Below the pieces are notes generated by a model. It was not told the origin of the DNA and did not search any database. It was given only the letters and a program-made list of their open reading frames with translations. Positions 27,273 to 37,251 of a stretch of 53,017 nucleotides of DNA are shown here, piece after piece. The translations under genes and the position numbers were made by a program. The stretch covers positions 1 to 53,017 of IMG/VR virus record IMGVR_UViG_3300042465_003316, one strand, 5' to 3'. This stretch comes from a virus (taxonomy: Duplodnaviria > Caudoviricetes). Within the stretch, counting starts at the first letter, position 1. Every line of letters starts with the position of its first letter.

Positions 27273-30200
27273 ATGGCACAAACTGGTTACACCCCAATAT
27301 CTCTGTATTACTCGGCAACAGGTGCTGCGGTTCCTACGGCTGGAAACTTAGCTGCCGGCGAATTAGCGCTGAATACCAACGACGGCAAGCTGTATTACAA
27401 GAACAGTTCGGGGGTAGTGACACTTCTGGCGGGGGCAACCGCAGGCCCCGCTGGCGGCTCAACCACGCAGATTCAGTACAACAACGCTGGCGCGTTGGCT
27501 GGCAACGGGGCCATGACGTTCAACAGCGGGACCAGCACCACTACGCTGACGAGGCTGAACCTCACCAATGCCCTTGGGGTGGCCTACGGGGGCACAGGTC
27601 TTACCGCAGGCACCTCCGGTGGTGTTTTAGCGTATACCGCCACAGGCGTACTGGCATCATCCGCTGCATTGGCAGCAAATGCCTTGGTCATTGGTGGCGG
27701 GGCTGGTGCGGCTCCAAGCACCACAACCACAGGCACGGGGGTTCTAACTTTCCTTGGAACACCCTCAAGTGCCAACCTTGCAGCGGCGGTAACAGATGAA
27801 ACAGGCTCTGGCGCGCTGGTGTTTGGAACATCGCCCACATTCACTACGTCAGTGGTTGGCGGCGCGACGATGGCGGTATTCAACACAACCAGCACAACGG
27901 TGAATGCCTTTGGCGCAGCCACCGCGCTGAACATTGGCGCGGCCACGGGCACGTTGACGGTAGCCAACACCACCCTTGCAGCCAAGGCCCTCACAGCTAC
28001 TTCCATTGCCAACTCTGCCCTAACGGCTACGCGCTTGGTCTACAGCGGCACAGCGGGTCTTGAGGTTGACTCGGCCAACCTGACATTCAACGGCACAGAC
28101 CTGACTGTCTCTGGTGCAGTGAACGCCGGTTCTATCAACGCCACCACGCTTGATCTGACAAACCTTGAGGTCACCAACATCAAGGCCAAGGACGGCACTG
28201 CTGCAATAACTATTGCTGACTCGACTGGTGCGGTAACAGTTTCATCTGCGTTCTCTACACAAGGCAACACAACCCTTGGCGATGCCACTACAGACACTGT
28301 GACGGTGAATGGGTATATGGGTGTGGGGGGTGCTCCAGCAGCTTCAACTTCGGTGTATGTTGGTTCAACCGCACTTTCTGGAACAACGCAAAGCGGATTT
28401 CATTCAAACATCACTGGCACTTCAGCGGCTACAAGTAATATTCTGGGTTTTTATGCCTCGCCAAATACCGCCGCTTCTGCTTTTACAGTTTCTAATCTTT
28501 CTGGTTTTCGTGTTGACAGCGCAATACTTGGCGCAGGTTCAACAATTACAAATCAACATGGTTTGTATATTTCAAACCTTACTACGGGAACTAACAACTA
28601 CGGCATTACATCCCTAGTTTCCAGCGGCACAAACAAGTGGAACATCTACGCCTCTGGTACTGCGGCTAACTACTTTGCTGGCAGTGTTGGGATTGGGACA
28701 AGTTCGCCGAGTGCAAAGCTAGACATTGAGGACCTTGGTAACACTGTGGCCGCCCACATATTTACCTCCGACAACGTATCCGGCGCGACAGCTTCTCTTG
28801 TTTTTGGAACCACTCCCGGATCAAGAACCAAGGCCAGCATTAACATGGTCAACAGTAACACGGGCAACGCTGAAGGCGACTTAGCCTTTTTAACAAATAG
28901 CGGCGCTTCCCTTGCAGAACGTGTGCGAATTCTTGGCACAGGCAACGTAGGTATTGGAACGAGTTCGCCTACCAACACCCTGTCTGTAACAGGCTCTGCT
29001 AACGTCACAGGCAACGTAACCCTTGGTGATGCCACCACAGACATCGTGACAGTAAATGGGTATATGGGGGTGGGTGCGGCTCCGCTTACCAATTACGGAC
29101 TGTTCGTTGCACCAACTGCACTAGCCAGCACCTTGCAGGTCGGTATCGGTGGCAGTCCGACAATTACGTCAGCCGCTACTTCTGTTGGCATTGGTGTACT
29201 CAGCAGTGTCTCCACCGCCGCCGCTGCATTTACGGTCAGCAATGTTTACGGGCTGTATGTAGCTCTCGGAACCAAAGGCGCTGGCAGCACCATCACCAAT
29301 CAGCACGGCCTTGCTATCGTTGACCAAACCCAAGGCACCAACAACTACGGCATTACATCCCTAGTTTCCAGCGGTACAAACAAGTGGAACATCTACGCGA
29401 GTGGGACTGCTGCGAATTACTTTGCTGGAAATGTGCAGTTCGCTGCTGGCACTGCTGCTGCTCCGGCACTTACTCGGTTTGGTGACGAGAATACAGGCAT
29501 CTTCTTCCCCGCCGCTGACACCATTGCTTTTGCTGAAGGTGGCGCGGAGGCTATGCGTATCACCAGCGCAGGTAGCCTGTTAATAGGGGCAACAGCACTA
29601 GCGTTTGCTGAAACATTCCAGATGTACGGTAACTACGCCGTATTTAACAATGCAAGCTATACAGGATTTATTGGTGGAGGCACTTCTCTTGGTACGGCGA
29701 CGGCTTCAGATTTTGTAATTAGATCGTCCAACGCACTAGCGTTTTTAAGTGGTGGTGCAACAGAACGCATGCGTCTTGACTCCTCCGGCAACCTAGGCTT
29801 AGGGGTTACTCCTAGTGCAAGTGCTACATGGGCTGGAGGGGGTTCTATCCCCAGTATTGATCTGGAAAAATCCGCAACGTATGCCCCAATATTAGCTAAA
29901 ACATATTCCAACACCGCTACTTCTGGCGGTATGTTGGTGCTTGCACATTCAAGATCGAGTGCTGTAGGAACTCAAGTAGCTAATTCTCCCGGTGACAACC
30001 TTGGGTTTATTTCTTTTGAAGGCGTTAATACTTCATCTGCAATAGCGGGTTCTTCTTATATTACAGGCGTGGTAGATGGTGCAAACGGCGCTACATATAT
30101 TCCGGGCGCGCTAGTTTTTTTTACAGGTACAAATGCTGCTAATCCGGCAGAACGCATGCGCCTAGACAGTTCCGGCAACGTAGGTATTGGGACAAGTTCG

Positions 30201-30539
30201 CCTGAGCAAAAATTAACAGTTAATGGCATTGTCCAAGCAAGAACAGCCGTTACAGCCGTTGCTATAGCGAATGGCGCTACGGCAACAATTATCACCCCAC
30301 CAAGAGGATTTTCGTACATAAACATCTCACGCTCTGACACAGCGGCGCAAGGTCTTTTGCTTCTTGTTTTTAGAACCACGACAACACTTGAAATTGTCAG
30401 TACCGTGAGCGACAAAACATCCGCAAGTTACTCTGCCACTGTAAGTGGTACTGCTTTGCAAGTTACCAATTCTTCAGGAGCAACAGTATCGTTTTACGCT
30501 TCCTGCGTCTGCCTTGCTTATGGTACGGGCGGCGGCTAA
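27273..30539 (+). CDS. tail fibre / receptor-binding protein
   Basis: GELALNTNDGKLYYK N-terminus; repeated ERMRxDSSGNVGIGTSSP motifs; NTGIFFPAADTIAF; internal duplication. Confidence 0.85.
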   Translation: MAQTGYTPISLYYSATGAAVPTAGNLAAGELALNTNDGKLYYKNSSGVVTLLAGATAGPAGGSTTQIQYNNAGALAGNGAMTFNSGTSTTTLTRLNLTNALGVAYGGTGLTAGTSGGVLAYTATGVLASSAALAANALVIGGGAGAAPSTTTTGTGVLTFLGTPSSANLAAAVTDETGSGALVFGTSPTFTTSVVGGATMAVFNTTSTTVNAFGAATALNIGAATGTLTVANTTLAAKALTATSIANSALTATRLVYSGTAGLEVDSANLTFNGTDLTVSGAVNAGSINATTLDLTNLEVTNIKAKDGTAAITIADSTGAVTVSSAFSTQGNTTLGDATTDTVTVNGYMGVGGAPAASTSVYVGSTALSGTTQSGFHSNITGTSAATSNILGFYASPNTAASAFTVSNLSGFRVDSAILGAGSTITNQHGLYISNLTTGTNNYGITSLVSSGTNKWNIYASGTAANYFAGSVGIGTSSPSAKLDIEDLGNTVAAHIFTSDNVSGATASLVFGTTPGSRTKASINMVNSNTGNAEGDLAFLTNSGASLAERVRILGTGNVGIGTSSPTNTLSVTGSANVTGNVTLGDATTDIVTVNGYMGVGAAPLTNYGLFVAPTALASTLQVGIGGSPTITSAATSVGIGVLSSVSTAAAAFTVSNVYGLYVALGTKGAGSTITNQHGLAIVDQTQGTNNYGITSLVSSGTNKWNIYASGTAANYFAGNVQFAAGTAAAPALTRFGDENTGIFFPAADTIAFAEGGAEAMRITSAGSLLIGATALAFAETFQMYGNYAVFNNASYTGFIGGGTSLGTATASDFVIRSSNALAFLSGGATERMRLDSSGNLGLGVTPSASATWAGGGSIPSIDLEKSATYAPILAKTYSNTATSGGMLVLAHSRSSAVGTQVANSPGDNLGFISFEGVNTSSAIAGSSYITGVVDGANGATYIPGALVFFTGTNAANPAERMRLDSSGNVGIGTSSPEQKLTVNGIVQARTAVTAVAIANGATATIITPPRGFSYINISRSDTAAQGLLLLVFRTTTTLEIVSTVSDKTSASYSATVSGTALQVTNSSGATVSFYASCVCLAYGTGGG

Positions 30540-30560
30540 TTTAACCCCAAAGGAACCACC

Positions 30561-30887
30561 ATGACAAATATCACTTGGACAATTACGGCTTTGGATTGCC
30601 TGCCCCTCGCGGACGGCGTGACCAACTACGCCATCACCGCTCACTGGACATGCTCTGGTACTGACGGCACCTACACCTCGTCGGTTTACTCAACCTGCTC
30701 CTTCCCTGCACCAACTGGCCCAACGAGCCAGTACACCCCTTACGCTGATCTGACGCAAGATCAAGTGCTGGGCTGGGTATGGGCCAACGGCGTGGATAAA
30801 GACGCTACCGAGGCCGCTGTGCAGCAGCAGCTTGACAACCAGATCAATCCACCGGTGGTGACCCCGCCACTGCCTTGGGTCGCATAA
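30561..30887 (+). CDS. small tail-fibre-associated protein (PYADLTQDQVLGWV...LPW)
   Basis: AAGGA RBS; motif typical of genes following fibres. Confidence 0.7.
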   Translation: MTNITWTITALDCLPLADGVTNYAITAHWTCSGTDGTYTSSVYSTCSFPAPTGPTSQYTPYADLTQDQVLGWVWANGVDKDATEAAVQQQLDNQINPPVVTPPLPWVA

Positions 30888-30934
30888 CGGGACGCTGCCA
30901 CCCGCTCTTGGCAGCACACTGAAAGGAAAGCGAT

Positions 30935-31162
30935 ATGGAAAACAAAAAGCCCCAGATCGTCACGATAGACGGTGTTGAGCATGACGCCAACACTTTTACT
31001 GAACAGCAAATCCTGCTGCTGAACCACACGGTTGACCTTGATCGCAAGATTGGCTCAACCCAGTTTCAACTACAGCAACTCCAAGTCGGCAAGGATTCGT
31101 TCCTGAAGCTGCTCAAGGAAGCGCTGGCAACCACTGAAAAAGTCGAAGCCGAAGCTGTATGA
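30935..31162 (+). CDS. small coiled-coil protein (possible fibre chaperone)
   Basis: VTIDGVEH...QQ...DLDRK; RBS AAGGA. Confidence 0.65.
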   Translation: MENKKPQIVTIDGVEHDANTFTEQQILLLNHTVDLDRKIGSTQFQLQQLQVGKDSFLKLLKEALATTEKVEAEAV

Positions 31163-31419
31163 AGACCGCTCCCCTGCCCGTTCTATGGTTCTTGAACCTC
31201 GCTGGTGCCTTGGCTGTAACAACGCCTTGGAAGACGGTGTACTGCCGACCCGGCGAAGAACTGAACTACGCCCTTGCTGCCCACGAGGCGGTGCATGTGG
31301 CGCAGATCGAACGGGATGGGGCTGTTAAGTGGACCGTCAAGATTTTCTACTACCTGCTGCGTTACGGGTACCTAAAAAGTCCCTACGAGGTAGAAGCGCG
31401 AACGAAAGCTGGATACTGA
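31159..31419 (+). CDS. small HExxH zincin-like protein
   Basis: LAAHEAVHVAQ...Y..SPYEVEAR. Confidence 0.7.
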   Translation: MKTAPLPVLWFLNLAGALAVTTPWKTVYCRPGEELNYALAAHEAVHVAQIERDGAVKWTVKIFYYLLRYGYLKSPYEVEARTKAGY

Positions 31420-31421
31420 AC

Positions 31422-31877
31422 ATGCTTGACCTCACCAAGGCCATTGGAGCGGTTGCAGCAAGCGTTGCTGCATTGGGCGGCAGCTACACCCTTGCCGACA
31501 AGTTTGGTTGGTTTGATCGTGCTATCTTGGAGTGGGCACCAGAGCATTTTAAAATCACAGCAGCCGTTGGACAGCCGATCACAGTCACTGTTGCTCGGAT
31601 CAAGAAACGTGATGATTGCTCGGTAGAAAGTTTTACCCCGAGCGTTCGAGATGCCGCAGGTATGGTGCATGAAGCCACCACCACGGCCAGCAAATTCAGC
31701 GGCCCAGCAGGGCCAACAATTGATACGTTCACTTACCAACTCACCATGGTGAGGAAAGAAAAGATTGCCCCCGGCACGGCAACTCTTCTGGCAACCATTA
31801 AGTACAAATGCCCCGAGGGGGAGCGCGTGGTGCAGTACCCCCGCCACGCAAACTTGTCATTTTTGTTGGAGAAATAA
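31422..31877 (+). CDS. N-anchored membrane protein with beta-sandwich domain
   Basis: N-terminal hydrophobic helix, two Cys; start ATG 31422. Confidence 0.6.
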   Translation: MLDLTKAIGAVAASVAALGGSYTLADKFGWFDRAILEWAPEHFKITAAVGQPITVTVARIKKRDDCSVESFTPSVRDAAGMVHEATTTASKFSGPAGPTIDTFTYQLTMVRKEKIAPGTATLLATIKYKCPEGERVVQYPRHANLSFLLEK

Positions 31878-32380
31878 TGGATCAGCTACTTAATATGCTC
31901 AAGGGCTTTGCCCCCACCATTGCTACTGCGGTGGCTGGCCCCCTTGGTGGCGCGGCTGTGTCGATGATTGCAAAAAAGTTCGGCGTTGAGGACTCTGTAG
32001 CTGCTGTAGCCCAAGCCATTGCCGGTGACCCAGAGGCAGGCAAGAAGCTGCGCGAGATGGACATGGAGTACGCCAAGTTGCACCTTGAGAACGTCAAGGG
32101 TGCGCGTGACATGCAGGCTGCTGCGCTCGGTCAGTCGGATGTGTTCTCCAAACGGTTCATCTACTACTTTGCTGCCTTCTGGTCAGTGTGCGCGGTTGTT
32201 TACATTGCGTGCATCACCTTCGCCACCATCCCAGAGCAGAACGTCCGCTTTGCCGACACCATCCTTGGGTTCCTGTTGGGGACTGTCGTTGCCACAATTT
32301 TGAATTTCTTCTATGGCACCAGCAAGAGCAGTCAAGACAAGACCGACAAGATGGCTGAGATGGCAAAGGAAATGCGATGA
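31877..32380 (+). CDS. putative holin-like membrane protein
   Basis: APTIATAVAGPLGG; two C-terminal TM segments; FFYGTSKSSQDK; adjacent to endolysin. Confidence 0.65.
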   Translation: MDQLLNMLKGFAPTIATAVAGPLGGAAVSMIAKKFGVEDSVAAVAQAIAGDPEAGKKLREMDMEYAKLHLENVKGARDMQAAALGQSDVFSKRFIYYFAAFWSVCAVVYIACITFATIPEQNVRFADTILGFLLGTVVATILNFFYGTSKSSQDKTDKMAEMAKEMR

Positions 32381-32886
32381 AAGAGAACTTTGTTGATGCG
32401 CTGGCCCACGTACTGAAACACGAGGGTGGCTTTGTAAACCACCCCAAAGACCCCGGTGGTATGACGAATCTGGGCGTGACCAAGGCTGTCTGGGAAGAGT
32501 GGGTGGGCCGTGAGTCCAACGAGAAAGAGATGCGCTCCCTGACGCCCGAGATGGTGGCCCCGCTGTACCGTAGGAAGTATTGGGACAAGATTCAGGGCGA
32601 TTCACTGCCCGATGGTCTGGACTACGCGGTGTTCGACGCCGCCATCAACAGTGGCCCGGGAAGGGCCGCCAAGTGGCTCCAGACGGTCGCGGAGGTCACC
32701 CCTGATGGTGCCATAGGCCCGAAGACCTTAGCGGCTATAAACGCCAAGCCGGTCCAGCAGTTGATCACCCAATATAACGATACGCGGTTACAATTCTTGG
32801 AGGGTCTTCCGACGTGGGGAACCTTCGGCAAGGGTTGGGGAAACCGGGTAGCGCAAGTCCAATCGCTCGCTTCTCAATTAGCCTAG
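32377..32886 (+). CDS. endolysin, glycoside hydrolase family 108 plus PG_binding_3
   Basis: HEGGFVNHPKDPGGMTNLGVT, YW, FDAAINSG, DGAIGPKT, FGKGWGNR. Confidence 0.93.
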   Translation: MKENFVDALAHVLKHEGGFVNHPKDPGGMTNLGVTKAVWEEWVGRESNEKEMRSLTPEMVAPLYRRKYWDKIQGDSLPDGLDYAVFDAAINSGPGRAAKWLQTVAEVTPDGAIGPKTLAAINAKPVQQLITQYNDTRLQFLEGLPTWGTFGKGWGNRVAQVQSLASQLA

Positions 32887-32894
32887 GAGCAGCC

Positions 32895-33116
32895 GTGGAT
32901 ATACAGGTGTTTTTTAATATCGTTTTGGGCCTCGTCGCTTTCTTAGGGGGGTGGGTGGTAAATAGCATCACCCGAGCCATCGACAGGCTTGATGCGGACG
33001 TCCGATCCCTGCAAAAAGAGTTTGTAACCAAGAGCGATTACCATCGGGACATCGACGAGATCAAGGCTATCTGCAAACAGATTTTTGACAAACTTGATGC
33101 TAAGGCTGACAAATGA
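32895..33116 (+). CDS. small membrane protein with coiled coil (holin/antiholin-like)
   Basis: GTG start with AGGAG RBS; one TM segment; FVTKSDY...IFDKLD.KADK. Confidence 0.65.
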   Translation: MDIQVFFNIVLGLVAFLGGWVVNSITRAIDRLDADVRSLQKEFVTKSDYHRDIDEIKAICKQIFDKLDAKADK

Positions 33117-33754
33117 CTACGCCTGCCGCCGCGCTAACTTACGACAGCCTCACCTCCACGGTGCTCCAGTACCTAGAGCGTACCGATCCAGCGGTGGTCG
33201 CCTTCATACCCACGGCCATCATGCTGGCCGAGTTTGAGATCGCAGAGAACATAAAGACACTGGGGCAACTACTGGTGGCGGATGGCACTATGAACATCAA
33301 CAACCCTGTGATTGCCAAGCCGGCGCGTTGGCGTAAGACGGTATCCATGACCCTTACGACGACGGCGGGGCAGAAGCAACCCCTGTACTTGCGTAAGCTG
33401 GAGTATCTCAGCAGCTATGCCCCAGATGTAACGGCTTTGGATACCCCTCTTTACTACGCAGACTATGACGCGGATCATTGGTTTGTGGCGCCCACGCCGG
33501 ATTCGGCTTTTGCGTTTGAGACGTTGTGCTACACCCGGCTCCCGCCGTTGGCATCGGACAACCAGACAAACTGGCTCACGCGAAATGCCCCTAACGCTAT
33601 GCTGTATGGCACCCTAAAACAAACCGCGCCGTTCCTCAAGGACGACGCTCGGTTACAGGTATGGGGCGGCCTGTTTGACGCCGCCATGGCCGCGCTTAAA
33701 GTAGAGGACCAGCTTCGAGTTGGCGATCGTCAGGCCATCGTACAGGACTCCTAG
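33113..33754 (+). CDS. tail adaptor / tubular protein A-like
   Basis: TYDSL...YL.R...FI...AE; PLYYA; VAPTPD; TNWLT...P..MLYG. Confidence 0.75.
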   Translation: MTTPAAALTYDSLTSTVLQYLERTDPAVVAFIPTAIMLAEFEIAENIKTLGQLLVADGTMNINNPVIAKPARWRKTVSMTLTTTAGQKQPLYLRKLEYLSSYAPDVTALDTPLYYADYDADHWFVAPTPDSAFAFETLCYTRLPPLASDNQTNWLTRNAPNAMLYGTLKQTAPFLKDDARLQVWGGLFDAAMAALKVEDQLRVGDRQAIVQDS

Positions 33755-33756
33755 CC

Positions 33757-34992
33757 ATGACCTCGTATATCAATCCCTTTTCGGGTCAGACGATTAGCCC
33801 CTCGTCGACCAGTTATGAGTCGTTGACGATCAGCAGCAACACGACGCTGCAGTGGCCGGTGAACGGCAACAACAACACCCCGGTCAGCAACATCATCGAT
33901 GTGACAGCCACCGTGGCGAGCCTATTGCTGCAGCTTCCGCCTGCAACGCAAGTGTCTACCGGGCAGTCGGTGTTAGTCCGTAACGTAGGCTCAAACACCT
34001 TCACGGTTGCCGATAATTCCGGCAACACCATCGTGTCCATCGCGTCGGGTATTGCGAACTTTATCTGGCTCATCGACAACACGACCACCAATGGGGTCTG
34101 GGCTTCGGTAGTGTTTGGGGCGGGCACGTCATCGGCAAATGCCTCCGCGTTGGCTGGCGCTGGGCTGGTGGCATCCGGGCTAACCCTCAACCAGTCATGC
34201 CCGGTAGTGACGTATAACTCTACCGGCAACATCTCCGTTAATGATCGTGCTGGGTTGGACGTGTGGGCCGGCGGCGCTGGGTCGCTTACGCTCCCATCGG
34301 CAGGGACGGTAGGCGCTAATTGGTTTGTGACAATCCGCAACGGCGGCACCGGTGTGCTGACAATTTTCCCCAACGGCTTGGACCTAATCGATGGGAATGC
34401 AAGCCAGCAGTTGCAGCTTACGGAATCCCTGACGGTGGTGTCCACCGGCACCGGGTGGGATACCTTCGGCATAGGCCGGTCGAACAGCTTCGTGTACACC
34501 CAACTCGCGCTGACGGTAACAGGGGGCACTCTGACCCTCACCTCCGTACAGGCCGCCAACACGATCCAGTTCTATTCGGGCGCTCTTACGAGTAATCAGG
34601 TGGTAGTGGTCCCGTCCACGGTGCAGTTGTACTCGATCACCAACAGCACGACAGGCGCTTTTACCTTCGTAGTGAGGACGGCATCGGCGGGTGCCGCTAC
34701 GGTCACCATATCGCAGGGCGACTCCCTGATAGTTATCTGCGACGGCACGAACGTCTATAACGCCGCTTCGGGGTCATCCAGCAGTATTGTGTCGCTCACC
34801 GTCGGCAACGGCAGCTTGGCGGTGCCCTCCATCAAGTTTTCGGGGGATTTGAACTCTGGTTTTTACTTGCCGTCTTCAGGTAAGGTAGGTTTTGTAATCG
34901 CCAACACCGAGGTGGGGTACTTTAACGCCTCGGGCCTCACTATGGCGGGGACGGTAACTGCCCTTGGTGGCATCAGCGGAGGTACCTTCTAA
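33757..34992 (+). CDS. tail structural protein
   Basis: Beta-rich LTLP...NxG repeats; tail operon position. Confidence 0.65.
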   Translation: MTSYINPFSGQTISPSSTSYESLTISSNTTLQWPVNGNNNTPVSNIIDVTATVASLLLQLPPATQVSTGQSVLVRNVGSNTFTVADNSGNTIVSIASGIANFIWLIDNTTTNGVWASVVFGAGTSSANASALAGAGLVASGLTLNQSCPVVTYNSTGNISVNDRAGLDVWAGGAGSLTLPSAGTVGANWFVTIRNGGTGVLTIFPNGLDLIDGNASQQLQLTESLTVVSTGTGWDTFGIGRSNSFVYTQLALTVTGGTLTLTSVQAANTIQFYSGALTSNQVVVVPSTVQLYSITNSTTGAFTFVVRTASAGAATVTISQGDSLIVICDGTNVYNAASGSSSSIVSLTVGNGSLAVPSIKFSGDLNSGFYLPSSGKVGFVIANTEVGYFNASGLTMAGTVTALGGISGGTF

Positions 34993-37013
34993 TGACCCAA
35001 AAAGTCATTGCGATGGAGATTCCGGCGGGTATTCAGCGGGATGGAACAAGATTCAATTCGCCTTGCTTTACAGACGGCAAGTGGGTGCGCTTTCAACGCA
35101 ACCGGCCCCGCAAGATTGGCGGTTATGACGCCGTGTTCCTGAACGCCACGGGGGTTTCCCGGGGCATGACGATGACCGCCGTCAACGGCTTCAACTACGT
35201 GGTGTCGGGCTACAACAATGGCCTTCAGCAGTGGATCACCGGCTCCAGTGGGGGCATCGGGTCGGGGCCGTATAACTATCTTCTGAACAACTTTACTGCC
35301 AGTGACAATAACCTGTGGCAGTTTGATATCGCCTACGATTCAACCGGCAACAACACCAACAACATGGTGGCGCATCCCGGGCAGAATCTCAGGCACATAA
35401 CGGCGAGCACCAACACCCCGGTGCTGTACGGCACCTTTCCAAGCGGCTTTGGCATCTTGACGGGGGTAACGATAACCGGGGTTGCTGGCACGTTTGCGTG
35501 CTCCTTATCGAGCGTCGCCCTTATCGTTAATCAGCAGATCACGATAAGCGGTACCTTCGGCGGGACCGGAAGCATAGCCGGTTACACCAACCCCACAACG
35601 TACTTCATCATCGCCACCGACGGCTCGTCGACTTTTACGCTGTCGACCAGCTTTGGCGGAACTCCTGTCACCACGACGGCGGGCACGCCCACCGGCCTGA
35701 CCTTTACCGCCATCGCCTCGATGTCCAAGGTCGGTTTGTTCACGGCGGCAGCAACAACCAACGGCACCGCTGTTTTGACTTTAGCGGCTGCCAACGTGCG
35801 CGTGGGCGCGGGGCAGAGCGTATCGGGCACCGGCATACCTGCGGGTACCACGGTGCTATCCGTATTGGGCGCCGCAGTCACCATGTCCGCCGCCGCAACG
35901 GGCAGCGCCAGCATCGTCGCTACATTCGACAACAACATCGCCGTGTCGGGCGGGTGCGTGGTGCTGCACCCCTACCTGTTCATCTACGGCAACAACGGCC
36001 TGATCCAGAACTCTAGCGCCGGGGATTTTTCTAACTGGGTGTCACCGGACGCCAACTCCAACAACGTGGCTACTGGCAAGATCGTCAAGGGGTTACCCAT
36101 CCGGGGCGGCTCTACGTCCCCCTCAGGCCTGTTCTGGGCCTCTGATGCCCTCATCCGCGTGTCCTTCCAGCCGTCCTCCGCTGGAGGTATAAACTACTTC
36201 TGGACGTACGACTTGGTGAGCAGCCAGACGTCCATCATGTCGTCCAGCAGCGTCATTGAGTACGACGGCATTTACTACTGGGCTGGCGTAGACCGGTTCC
36301 TAATGTACGGCGGTCAGGTGCAGGAGATCACCAACGAACTGAACCAGAACTACTTCTTCGACAACGTAAACATGGTCCAGCGCCAGAAGGTATGGGCCAC
36401 CAAGGTGCCCCGGTACGGGGAAATCTGGTGGTTCTATCCCAAGGGTGACGCCACCGAATGCACGGACGCCATTATCTACAACGTGCGCGAGAAGACGTGG
36501 TACGACGCCGGGGAGGCGCTGGGCGCCCGACGTTCAGCCGGCGTGTTCTCTGAGGTGTTCCCGAAGCCCCTGTGGGCCGGCAACGAGGCTAACGGTGCAG
36601 GCACGTACACCCTGTGGCAGCATGAGACGGGCTATGACGACATCAACCTGACCTCCGTGACGGCCATTGAAAGCTACTTCGAGACTAACAGCATCGGAAC
36701 CATGGGTGGGCTGGTGGGCAGCCAGCAGCAGCCCGGGGATAACCTGTGGACCCGGTTGGAGCGCATCGAGCCCGACTTCGTGCAGACCGGCACTATGAGC
36801 GTGATCGTAACCGGCGAGGGCTACGCCGACGACACCACGGTGGAGTCGGAGCCGTACCCCTTTACGCCGTCCACGTTGAAAATAGACATGCGTGAGCAAC
36901 GCCGGGAAATGCGACTGCGGTTCATCTCAAATGAAGCCGGCGGCACGTATCAGACGGGCCGAATCTTGCTCTCCATGACGACTGGTGATACACGCGGGAC
37001 AGGCAACCCATGA
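34992..37013 (+). CDS. tail nozzle / tubular protein B-like with inserted beta domains
   Basis: DGKWVRFQRNRPRKIGG; FLMYGGQV; EIWWFYP...IIYN...WY, propeller-type motifs. Confidence 0.75.
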   Translation: MTQKVIAMEIPAGIQRDGTRFNSPCFTDGKWVRFQRNRPRKIGGYDAVFLNATGVSRGMTMTAVNGFNYVVSGYNNGLQQWITGSSGGIGSGPYNYLLNNFTASDNNLWQFDIAYDSTGNNTNNMVAHPGQNLRHITASTNTPVLYGTFPSGFGILTGVTITGVAGTFACSLSSVALIVNQQITISGTFGGTGSIAGYTNPTTYFIIATDGSSTFTLSTSFGGTPVTTTAGTPTGLTFTAIASMSKVGLFTAAATTNGTAVLTLAAANVRVGAGQSVSGTGIPAGTTVLSVLGAAVTMSAAATGSASIVATFDNNIAVSGGCVVLHPYLFIYGNNGLIQNSSAGDFSNWVSPDANSNNVATGKIVKGLPIRGGSTSPSGLFWASDALIRVSFQPSSAGGINYFWTYDLVSSQTSIMSSSSVIEYDGIYYWAGVDRFLMYGGQVQEITNELNQNYFFDNVNMVQRQKVWATKVPRYGEIWWFYPKGDATECTDAIIYNVREKTWYDAGEALGARRSAGVFSEVFPKPLWAGNEANGAGTYTLWQHETGYDDINLTSVTAIESYFETNSIGTMGGLVGSQQQPGDNLWTRLERIEPDFVQTGTMSVIVTGEGYADDTTVESEPYPFTPSTLKIDMREQRREMRLRFISNEAGGTYQTGRILLSMTTGDTRGTGNP

Positions 37014-37240
37014 GGATTGCGCAGGTCTACGACCCCCGCAATCTCACGTGGGACGCATGGTGTGCGCTCATGTCCGAGTTGTTTGCGGCAAACCAGCTTG
37101 GCGTTTCACCGGAAAGCGAGTGGCACCAGTGGGCGGACGCGGTGTCCGGTATCGGTCGATTTGCGGGGGTTCCGGGCAGCACCGGCTTCGGAACATGGCA
37201 AGATTGGGCCTTCGCCTTCGCAAATGCCTTACGACGGTAA
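37010..37240 (+). CDS. small Trp-rich tail-region protein
   Basis: DPR.LTW..W...W..WA...WQDWA; ATGA coupling. Confidence 0.7.
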   Translation: MRIAQVYDPRNLTWDAWCALMSELFAANQLGVSPESEWHQWADAVSGIGRFAGVPGSTGFGTWQDWAFAFANALRR

Positions 37241-37251
37241 GATAAAGCACC

